From assembly GCA_965205505.1 (NCBI GenBank), contig CBDBHB010000009.1:1632001-1696000 (forward strand): DNA of 64,000 nucleotides. The letters are read 5' to 3'. A model generated the notes under the pieces. That model ran no database searches and was not told the origin of the DNA. It saw nothing but the letters and a program-made list of their open reading frames with translations. Shown here in pieces: positions 19,377-28,474 of the stretch. Position 1 is the first letter of the stretch. Each line of letters opens with the position of its first letter. This DNA comes from Acidobacteriota bacterium. Lineage in GTDB: Bacteria; Acidobacteriota; UBA890; WLXD01. Position numbers and translations under genes: made by a program.

Positions 19377-22300
19377 ATGCCGCTGCAGAACTTTCACCCC
19401 GCCGTCGCCGCCTGGTTTCAACGCACCTTCGATACGCCTACCGAGCCGCAGGTGCGGGGCTGGCCAGCAATTCAGTCAGGTCGCCATGCCCTCATCGCAG
19501 CCCCGGCCGGGTCGGGAAAGACGCTGGCCGCGTTTCTCGCCGCGATCGACGATTTGGTGCGGCAAGGCCTCGATGGAAGTCTCGATGATGCCACTCAGGT
19601 GGTCTACGTATCGCCGCTGAAGGCGCTGTCCAACGATGTGCGCAAGAACCTTCGGCTGCCGCTCGAGGGGATCGCCTGCGAGTTGCTGGCGCGCGGTCTG
19701 TCGAGCCCGGAGATCCGCACCGCCGTACGTAGCGGCGATACCCCGTCGTCCGAGCGGCAGCGCATGCTCCGGACCCCGCCGCATATCCTCGTGACCACGC
19801 CGGAGTCTCTCTACCTGCTACTTACCTCAGACGGCGGTCGGGCGATGCTGTCGACGGTGAGGACGGTCATCGTCGACGAGATCCACGCGGTTGCCGACGA
19901 CAAGCGCGGATCGCATCTGGCGTTGACGCTCGAGCGGCTCGAAGCCCTGGTGGCGGGTCCACTGCTCCGCGTCGGCCTGTCGGCTACACAGAAGCCGATC
20001 GATGAGGTCGCCCGGTTCCTCGTGGGGCAACGGCACCTCGACGCGCAGGGTTGCCCCGACTGCGAGATCATCGACGCCGTCGGTCGACGGGACATGGATC
20101 TTGCGGTCGAGATGCCCGGATCGCCTCTCGAGGCGGTCATGGCTGGCGAGGTCTGGGACGAGATTTACGATCGTCTGGCCGCACTTGTCGGAGAGCACCG
20201 CACGACCCTCATTTTTGTCAATACCCGCCGCATGGCCGAACGCATCGCCAAGCAGCTGAGCGAGCGGCTTGGCGAGCGGGCGGTAACGTCGCATCATGGC
20301 TCGCTGTCGGTAGAGCAACGCCTCGACGCCGAGACACGCCTCAAGGAGGGAAGCCTGTCGGCGCTGGTTGCTACGGCATCGCTGGAGCTCGGCATCGACA
20401 TCGGTGCGATCGACCTGGTGGTCCAGATGGGCTCGCCACGGTCAATCAACACGTTGCTACAGCGCGTCGGAAGAGCCAGCCACCATGTGGGCGGAATCCC
20501 CAAGGGCAGATTGTTTCCGCTGTCGCGGGACGAGCTCATCGAGTGCATCACGGCCATCGATGCGGCAAGGAGGGGCGAGCTCGATCGGCTCGTGGTTCCT
20601 CAAAAACCGCTAGACATTCTGGCGCAGCAGATCGTCGCCTGCGCGGCGGCGGAGGAATGGTCCGAGGATGAGCTGTTTGACCTGGTCCGAGCCGCCTACC
20701 CGTTTCGTGACCTGTCGCGTGAGGAGTTCGACAGCACCGTCGACATGCTTGCCGAAGGCTTCAGCACGCGGCGTGGACAGCGCGGGCGGTATCTGCACCT
20801 CGATGCAGTGAACCACCGTATCCGTGGTCGGCGTGGCGCACGGCTGGCCGCGCTCACCTGCGGCGGGGCGATACCGGACGCCTTCGAGTTCAAGGTCGTT
20901 CAGGAGCCACAAGGGATTCAGGTGGGCACGCTCGACGAGGATTTTGCCATCGAGAGCCTCCCGGGAGACATCTTCCAGCTGGGCAACACCTCCTGGCGGA
21001 TTCTACGCATCGAGACCGGTACGGTTCGTGTAGAGGATGCCAGGGGGCAGCCGCCCAGCCTGCCGTTCTGGTTGGGCGAGGCCCCAGGGCGTACCAAGGA
21101 GCTGTCCGAGGCGGTGTCGCGCCTGCGGGCCGAGGTCGACGCCAGACTGGGACCGATTGTACACGCCCCACCTGGCGACGATTCCGTGGCTCTCGAGAAC
21201 GGCGATCTCGGGCCCACCGACAACCCCGGAAGCGCGCTAGATCCCAGTGCCGTGAGGGCGACGATCGAATGGCTTCGCGACGAGGTTGGAATCGGCGAGG
21301 TGGCGGCAGCGGCGGCGACCGAGTACCTGGCCGCATCGCGAGTGGCGTTGGCGTCGATGCCGACGCGCGACAACATCGTCATGGAGCGTTTCTTCGATGA
21401 GGCCGGCGACATGCACCTCGTGGTGCACTCTCCGTTCGGCATGCGGGTCAATCGTGCCTGGGGTCTGGCGTTACGCAAGGTGTTCTGCCGCACCTTCAAC
21501 TTCGAGCTGCAGGCGGCCGCCAGCGACGATGCGTTGATCCTGTCGCTCGGGCCGACGCACAGCTTTCCGCTAGAGGAGGTCTTTCAATACCTGCAGCCGG
21601 GGAGCGTGCGCGACAAGCTCGTGCAGGCCTTTCTCGACGCGCCGATGTTCCCGATTCGATGGCGGTGGAATGCGACCCGCTCGTTGGCGGTCAAGCGCTG
21701 GGTGGGCGGCAAGCGGCTTGCACCGACGCTGCAACGCATGGATGCGGAGGACCTACTGGCTGTTATCTTCCCGGACTCCCTGGCCTGCCTGGAGAACATC
21801 CAGGGCGCACGTGAGATTCCGGACCATCCGCTCATCGACCAGACGATTCGCGATTGCCTGCAGGAGGCCATGGACTTCGACGAGTTCAAGGCTTTGCTCA
21901 CCGAGATCGCCGACGGCAAGAAAACGCTGATAGCGCGCGACGTACGCGAGCCCTCCCCGCTGGCCTACGAGATCATTGCTGCGAAGCCCTACGCCTTCCT
22001 CGACGACGCTCCGCTGGAGGAGCGTCGCACGCTCGCCATTCAGACCCGTCGTCTCGCCGACCCGCAATCCGCTGACGACTTGTCGGCGCTCGATCAGGGG
22101 GCGATCGACCGGGTTCGCAACGAGGCCTGGCCCGGCGCGGAAAGCCCGGACGAGCTACACGATGCGCTCTTGCTGCACGGGTTCGTCAGCGAGACGGAAG
22201 GCGAGTCGTGGTCGGATTACTTCGCGGCCTTGGTGCGCGACCAGCGGGCCACGACAGCGATACTGGGAGAGCTGGATCGCCCCATGCAGGAGCGTTGCAG

Positions 22301-23898
22301 GGTATGGATCGCGGCGGAAAGGCTGCCGCAGTACGACGCCCTGCTCGGGCCACCAGGTGACCGGTGGGAGATGGTGCCGGAGATCGTGGCTCCGGTGCGC
22401 TCGACTCGCCGGGAGTGGTCGGCCGAGCAAGCGTTGATCGAGATCATCAGGGGGCGCCTGCAGGCGTTGGGCCCGGTGACCGTGCCCCAGATTGTCGACT
22501 CGCTGGGTGTCGACACTCGCCGAGTCGACGCGGCGCTCCTGGGTCTCGAGGCCGAGGGATTCGTGTTCCGCAGCCACTTTACCCCCGGCCTCGAGGTTAC
22601 CGAGTGGTGCGAGCGGCGGCTGCTCTCGCGGATCCACCGCTATACCCTCAATCGTCTCCGCGCCGAGATCGAGCCCGTGCGAGCGCGCGACTTCATGCGC
22701 TTCCTGTTCGCCTGGCAGCGCGTCGCGCCCGGCGAGCAGGCCGAGGGGCCCGCGAGCCTCGCCGGGCTCCTGGGGCAACTCGAGGGGTTCGAGGTGCCGG
22801 CGGGGGCCTGGGAGTCGGAAATCTTGCCGGCTCGATTGCTGCAATACGATCCGGTGTGGCTCGATACGCTCTGCCTCTCGGGCCGGGTGGCCTGGGGCCG
22901 TCTCTCACCGCCTGGTGGGGGGCCGCGGGTCAGCCCGCGGTCGGGGCCGATCCGCAGCACACCCATTGCATTGGTGACGCGCCCCAACCTCGATCTGTGG
23001 GAGGCGCTCGCTCCCGGTGCCAACCCGCCGGATCTGGAGCTTTCGTCCGCGGCGCGGCTAACGCATGCTGCTCTGCATCGGGATGGTGCCAGTTTCTTCG
23101 GCGACCTCGCTCGTGCGACCCGACTGCTCGACAGCCAACTCGAGGATGCCCTCGGTGAGCTCGCGGCGTGGGGCCTGGTAACGGCGGACTCCTTTACCGG
23201 CCTCCGAGCCCTGCTGGTGCCATCGAGTCGTCGGCGACCAGGCAAGGGTGCCAAGCGCCGCGGCCGCACGGCAATCTTCGGAATGGAGAACGCCGGTCGC
23301 TGGTCACTGGTGCGGGCCAGCTCCGACGGCCTACTCGAGGGCGATGCCGAGCGGGTTGACGCGCCAGCCAGTGGTGGCCGCGTGCCGGAGAACGGACGCC
23401 AACTCGCCTCGAATGTCGTCGAGGCTGCCGCCGAGATCTATTTGCGGCGCTACGGGTTGGTCTTCCGTCGTCTGCTGACGCGGGAGGCTACGGCGCCACC
23501 GTGGCGCGATCTCGTGCGTGTCTATCGCTGTATGGAAGCGCGCGGGGAGATTCGCGGCGGTCGTTTCGTGGCCGGCTTTCAGGGAGAACAATTCGCGTTG
23601 CCGGAGGCGGTGGGACGCCTGCGAAAAATCCGGCGGCAGAAGGATGAGGCGCTCATCTCGCTGAGTGGTGCCGACCCGCTCAACCTTGTCGGCATCGTCA
23701 CGCCGGGTAGTCGCGTTGCCGCGCTCACCGACAACCGGGTGCTGTACCGGGCGGGAATCCCGGTTGCCGTTCGATTAAGCTGGCGAGGTGCGGTTCCTCG
23801 TCGACGAGGAGCCCGACGTCCGTTGGCAGTTGCAGCGCGCGCTGGTGCGGCGGAGCGTGCCGCCACAGCTGCGGGCCTATCTCGGTCGACCCGCCTGA
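19377..23898 (+). CDS. Lhr-family DEAD/DEAH-box helicase; +1 frameshift near 23778 in the C-terminus
   Basis: 'APAGSGKT', 'VDEIH', 'LSATQ', 'SLELGIDIG', 'QRVGRA', '[10 protein letters not shown]'; corrected tail reads 'AGEVRFL...YLGRPA*'. Confidence 0.92.
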
Positions 23899-23995
23899 TT
23901 CGTCCACGACGGGCACCGTATCGCCGTCCTCATCGCGCTCTGAGCTTGCCCCCATCTCGACCCAGCAATATGCAACGATCATCTGTTGCAGGCCG

Positions 23996-24907
23996 CTAGA
24001 AGTTGGCCTGCAGCAATCGCGCGAGCCGATGGCCCGCCAGCAACGCACGGTGCTCTGCGATAGGCCGGATGGCATCGAGGTAGCCTGACGGAAGCAGGGT
24101 GCCGGAATTCCGCGTGCCACCGCGCAGCTGGCCGCTCAAGTACACGTGCTCTACCGCCATTTGTGCGCCCTCGGCGGCCCACGCCTCGAAGTCGGCGCTG
24201 CCGACGAGTGCCCCTCCGTCGGTCATCGACGCTGCTGCGCGGCCGCGGATCTCGATGGCGCGGTTGCGAACCTCTCGAAAGCGGTCGGTTCCGATTACGA
24301 GTGCATCCCAGAGCTGATGCAAGTTGATCGTGTCCTCGCCCGGTCGCACGCGGATGTAAAAGGAATTGCCGCCTCGATCGCCCTCGGGGTAGCGCTCGGT
24401 GGTCAGGGCAACGCTGTGCAAGGGCTGATGGATGTCGCCAACGAGGTGAAAGAGCCAGGTCAACGCCAGGGCGCGATCGGCGGCGCTGGCGCTCGACGCC
24501 AGCCGGTCCCTGTTATCGCGCAGCGCGTTGAGCAGGTCTCCGTCGCCGCTTGCCTTGGGCGGAGTCAGCTCGGGTGGCGAGTAGTGGTAGTTGACGTAGT
24601 GCCACGTCGGGCGGCTATGGCTCTCGTGCCGTCCAGAGCGGATGTCGTCGGCCCACCGTGCGGCGCGCATGAAGATCGCCTGTCCGCGGTCGTCGTTGTC
24701 CAGGTTCCACTCGCGCGGCGGTGCCAGCCGGTCGGTGAAGTGCGGGTGCTGCTCGAGCAGCTCGATCACCGCGCGCAGCGTGGCTGGATCGGACTGTCGG
24801 AGCTCCTGGTAGGCGATGGCCGCGGTGACCATGTGGCCCTGGGGGCTCCATGCTGCCGCGTTGGGGGAGCTCCCAAGCACGAGAACCACGCATACCGAAA
24901 CCAACAT
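23996..24907 (-). CDS. S1/P1 nuclease, secreted
   Basis: Signal peptide then 'WSPQGH'; 'WADDIR', 'WHYVN', '[11 protein letters not shown]', 'GDRGGN', 'NLHQLWD'. Confidence 0.95.
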   Translation of the reverse strand: MLVSVCVVLVLGSSPNAAAWSPQGHMVTAAIAYQELRQSDPATLRAVIELLEQHPHFTDRLAPPREWNLDNDDRGQAIFMRAARWADDIRSGRHESHSRPTWHYVNYHYSPPELTPPKASGDGDLLNALRDNRDRLASSASAADRALALTWLFHLVGDIHQPLHSVALTTERYPEGDRGGNSFYIRVRPGEDTINLHQLWDALVIGTDRFREVRNRAIEIRGRAAASMTDGGALVGSADFEAWAAEGAQMAVEHVYLSGQLRGGTRNSGTLLPSGYLDAIRPIAEHRALLAGHRLARLLQANF

Positions 24908-24965
24908 CAACGGACGTCGCTGCAATGCACCGCTCCTGTGTGCCACTCGAGATCCGCAATGTAGT

Positions 24966-24990
24966 CTAGTGGCCTGTTACAGGCCACTAG
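24966..24990. repeat. Perfect 25-bp palindrome with CTAG ends (collapsed MITE ends), followed by a partial copy
   Basis: CTAGTGGCCTGT-T-ACAGGCCACTAG, then CCTGTTACAGGCCACCAG. Confidence 0.75.
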
Positions 24991-25174
24991 TCCCCTGTTA
25001 CAGGCCACCAGCGCCTGACGTGTGGTTGGCGGCCGCACGACTGCGCCAGTACCTGGGACGAGGCGGGTTCCTGATGATGCAACCATGGTCGGAGAACAGA
25101 GCCGCGCATCCCGCCACCCGTCCACTAACACGTCGGATGGACAGGTTGCTCGATCCACTGCTCAGGCGTTAGCG

Positions 25175-25507
25175 GTGACCGACGAGCGGGATCCGATCGA
25201 GCGCGCCGAGCGCACCACGATGGCTCAGGACGCGCAACTCGATGCCCAGGAAGTGATCGGGCCCTACCGAATCCTCCAGAAGATCGGCGAGGGCGGCATG
25301 GGCGATGTCTACCTGGCCGAGCAGATCGAGCCCGTGCGCCGCCGCGTGGCCCTGAAGACGATCAAGCACGGTATGGACACCAAGCAGGTCGTGGCGCGTT
25401 TCGAGTCCGAGCGCCAAGCCTTGGCTATGATGGATCACCCATGCATCGCCAAGGTGTTCGACGCCGGAGCAACCGAGAGCGGGCGGCCGTACTTCGTCAT
25501 GGAGTGA
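25175..25507 (+). pseudogene. Ser/Thr protein kinase 5' half (subdomains I-V), interrupted by the integrated element
   Basis: '[16 protein letters not shown]', 'VALK', 'HPCIAKVFD', 'GRPYFVME*'; continues at 40050. Confidence 0.93.
25489..25505 (+). repeat. attL core, 17-bp direct repeat
   Basis: GTACTTCGTCATGGAGT, identical to 40033-40049. Confidence 0.93.
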
Positions 25508-25515
25508 TGACACGC

Positions 25516-25629
25516 TTGACGATTCTTTCTATCCCTTGACGTGGCTTGAACTTACGGGCTGGTGGTATTGACGCTAGTTGCGCCTGTTTGACGCTGTTTG
25601 AACCAAAAATGTCATAGAAAACGTCATCG
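25516..25629 (+). promoter_or_regulatory. Putative attL accessory sites: 10-bp-phased TTG(AC) array plus two arm-type repeats
   Basis: TTG at 25516, 25536, 25546 and 25568, 25578, 25588, 25598; AAAATGTCATAG-AAAACGTCATCG (25606-25629) resembles AAAATGTCAAAG x2 at 39921-39944. Confidence 0.7.
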
Positions 25630-25644
25630 TCCTGCTCACCCCGG

Positions 25645-25790
25645 GCGGCGGAGTGCACCAATGCGCCGCCAGCAGTTATGGAAGCAGCGCTGGCTCATGT
25701 AGCGTGCGAGCCGACGGACACTCTTCGTTCAACATCACGATTGACGTCTACGGCCACCTGATCCCTAATGCGAAGCATCTACTCGACGAG
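25645..25790 (+). pseudogene. Two relict tyrosine-integrase C-terminal fragments
   Basis: 'AAECTNAPPAVMEAALAHV' (P4-like) and, in another frame, 'GHSSFNITIDVYGHLIP'. Confidence 0.6.
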
Positions 25791-26099
25791 GTCGAGAGCC
25801 TCCGTAGGGGATGCATCTACGGGACCTCGTAGACGTCGGCCGGGCGATGAGCCGGTCAATAGCACTAGCGCCATGCCTCTCCGCTGTGGATCTCACCGCA
25901 GCGCCTTCGGCGGCGTTGCAGATCGGTGCAGCGATGCCCAGCGAAACGCGTGGCGAAAGGAAAGGTTTGCAGGCATCGAATCCGATTGGCAAGAACTCGA
26001 CTACGTACGCTACACAGCGGAGCGTCGGGCTGATCGATAACTGATGGCGGTAGCGGAGGGGCGCACGGGGACCTTCCCGTCGACGCCAGCCGTCACTCG

Positions 26100-27422
26100 T
26101 CAGTAAGGCAACGCCTGCCCGATGTCACCCGCAACGGCGGCCATGTACCACCTGATGAACCCTGCCGGCATCACTTTCCCGAGCTCGTGCGTGGCGTAGC
26201 GTCCCGACCGGTAGGCGCCGGAGCAGATCCCGGCGTGGTTGTTCTCGCACAACCAGATGTCCTCAAGGAGCGTAACGAGCCACAACTCCTTCAGCCTCTC
26301 CGGGTCGTAATCCACGTCTCGCTTCGCATTCGGGTGCACCAGCCAGAGGCACTCAACATCGGTGAGGTCGATATCACGGGGCGTGAATCGAACCGCGAAG
26401 ACGTAGTCGTCGTAGCCGAGCCAGTAACTGCTCGACCAACCCGTAGCGGTCTCGCTTTGCGTAACCCTGGTGCGCTTGATGGCGGGAAGCAGCGGTGCCG
26501 CCGGCTTGCCGTCCATCGTGCCGCTGACGTAGTCCTGAGCCCACCATTCCCGTTTTCCGGGCACCGTGAGGTCAGAGCCCGGGTGCACGTGGCAAAGGTA
26601 CTCGTGGGACGGCCCACAGTGGTAGCACTCCAGGAAGTTCTCTAGCGCCAGCTTCCAGTTGGCGTGCATCGGAACGTAGACTCGCTCGCCGACCTTCAAT
26701 TGCGCGGTGCCGTGTCTTTGACCCACCTTGCGACGGAAGGGCTCGACTGCTGAGACGAAGTCCGGCGGTTCCAGCTCTCGTGACAGGTTCACGAAGATGA
26801 AGCCGTCTGCGGTGCGGACGTGGCAGGGGATCAGGCCGTTGTCCGCCGGGTCGAAGTCCTCCTGCATGCCGTAGGCGTACACGAGCTTTCCGTCCAGGTC
26901 GTAGGTCCAGGCGTGGTACGGGCACCGGAACACCGGCGTGTTGCCCGTCTGCTCCAGCTGTCGAACCGACAGGCGGGGATCCTCCGGGATGACGTCGCCG
27001 TCGTGGCGACATAGCCGGGATCCTCGATGTCGGCAGACGTTGTAATAGGCGCGCACCGCGCCGGCGTCGTCGCGCAGGATGATGACGCTCTCGCTGCGAC
27101 CGTACTCGAACACGAAGTAGTCGCCCGGCTCGGCGATCCTGCTGTCGTGATCGACCATGAGCCAGAAATGATCGGCCACTAAACGCTCATCGAACAGGTA
27201 GCGCCCCTCGTCCGTGTAGTACTCCGCGGGGGTGGTCCAGTTTCTGCGCCAACCTTTGGGGTATTTCTGCTCCCCCGGCGGAGCTTCTGTGCTCGTATCC
27301 GGAATCGCCCTGGCGAGCAGTTTGGTCGGGAGTCCGGTGGCGGCCGCGGCGTACGCCGCAACGGCGCTGCGCGCAAGATCACGCCGGCTCGACTTATTGC
27401 CTGTGTTGTCTTTCTTGCTCAT
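26100..27422 (-). CDS. Rieske non-heme iron oxygenase alpha subunit (GbcA / choline-monooxygenase-like) with a Tat-like N-terminus
   Basis: 'CRHRG...CPYHAW' Rieske ligands; 'NWKLALENFLECYHC...H'; 'SRRDLARSAVAA'. Confidence 0.9.
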   Translation of the reverse strand: MSKKDNTGNKSSRRDLARSAVAAYAAAATGLPTKLLARAIPDTSTEAPPGEQKYPKGWRRNWTTPAEYYTDEGRYLFDERLVADHFWLMVDHDSRIAEPGDYFVFEYGRSESVIILRDDAGAVRAYYNVCRHRGSRLCRHDGDVIPEDPRLSVRQLEQTGNTPVFRCPYHAWTYDLDGKLVYAYGMQEDFDPADNGLIPCHVRTADGFIFVNLSRELEPPDFVSAVEPFRRKVGQRHGTAQLKVGERVYVPMHANWKLALENFLECYHCGPSHEYLCHVHPGSDLTVPGKREWWAQDYVSGTMDGKPAAPLLPAIKRTRVTQSETATGWSSSYWLGYDDYVFAVRFTPRDIDLTDVECLWLVHPNAKRDVDYDPERLKELWLVTLLEDIWLCENNHAGICSGAYRSGRYATHELGKVMPAGFIRWYMAAVAGDIGQALPY

Positions 27423-27879
27423 GCCGTTTCCCTCTATCCGCGCAGAACTCCGGCCGGGGACATCGTGCCACTCGACCGGGTGCAGCGCATCGACTTCGTG
27501 TTGCAGTAAGAATAGCTGTAATTAGCATGCACCGGAAATGTGGAGCGAATCTACGCTCTCCCAGAGGGGAGAGGGGGGTCCGTTGCGTTGTTGCATTAGG
27601 GGCCCAAGTGGTCCACTGCGTCAGGGGAAACTAACTAGCAATACGCTGCCGCGGTTATCTTGCGGTGTGTTACGTGTTGCTAGGATCACAAGGGGGTAAA
27701 ACCCTTAAATCCGAGCCTTTTGACGCTGGAGAAGGAGGGCTCGGTTAATCGAAGCGCAATCTGCGGAAATCCGTTGCGCTGTTGCCCCTCACTCGACCGC
27801 AGGAGCCGCCGCGGGCATCGGGGTCGTTCCGATCGCAGGATTGCGAGAAGGTGCAAGGTCATAGTTGGCTCTACACAGC

Positions 27880-28068
27880 GAGGTGACTGACGAGATCCTC
27901 CGCGGTGACCGCGAGCTGGTGCAGACCGTGCGCGGCGACATCACCATCGACTGGACGCTGGGGAGAACGTACGCGGGCACCTCCGCATGCTGGTTAAGCG
28001 GATCCTGCGCCGTTACAGCTACCCGCCCGACAAGCAGGAAAAGGCGACGCGGACGGTGCTGGAAGTAA
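27880..28068 (+). pseudogene. C-terminal remnant of a second type I restriction subunit R (DUF3387-like), frameshifted
   Basis: '[17 protein letters not shown]' then '[28 protein letters not shown]'. Confidence 0.7.
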
Positions 28069-28474
28069 CTGTCGAGGCGCCTGCCTGCTAGGCCCCGTAG
28101 CGCAACCGAGCAACCGCACCGCGCGAGGCGAGCTCACCGTGAGCGTAGCGTGCTGGCATGGTCGGTGAGAGCCACCGACCAGCCTGTTGCATCTCGACCA
28201 GGCCAGCACCAGCGCGGCGCATGGCACGATCCGACAGGCGCCCGCGCACCGTGCCACCCCGGTCGATGCGCTGAAACAGGGGCGCATCGGCTTCGTCGGT
28301 ACCCAGATCTATGGTCAGGAAGACTTCGTCGCCGAGCTGCTCCACGGCGTAAACGGCCACGAAGTTGAGGTGGTTGATCGCCGCCATTGCCCCCGATAGC
28401 CGCACGGGATATTTCTCGTCAGAGACGCCCACCAGCGCATCTACGGGTTCCCAGAGCCCGAACTCCCGTACCCC

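Noticed and set aside
25505-25510. TGATGA after the kinase 5' half as a recoded stop
   Set aside because: It is the attL junction; the kinase continues at 40050.
27705-27750. Hairpin CCGAGCC...GGCTCGG upstream of the Rieske gene as a riboswitch or terminator
   Set aside because: Short stem, no recognisable aptamer consensus or U-tract.
28088-28432. 114-aa minus-strand ORF downstream of hsdR as a new defence gene
   Set aside because: No clear RBS or motif; codon pattern favours a plus-strand remnant.
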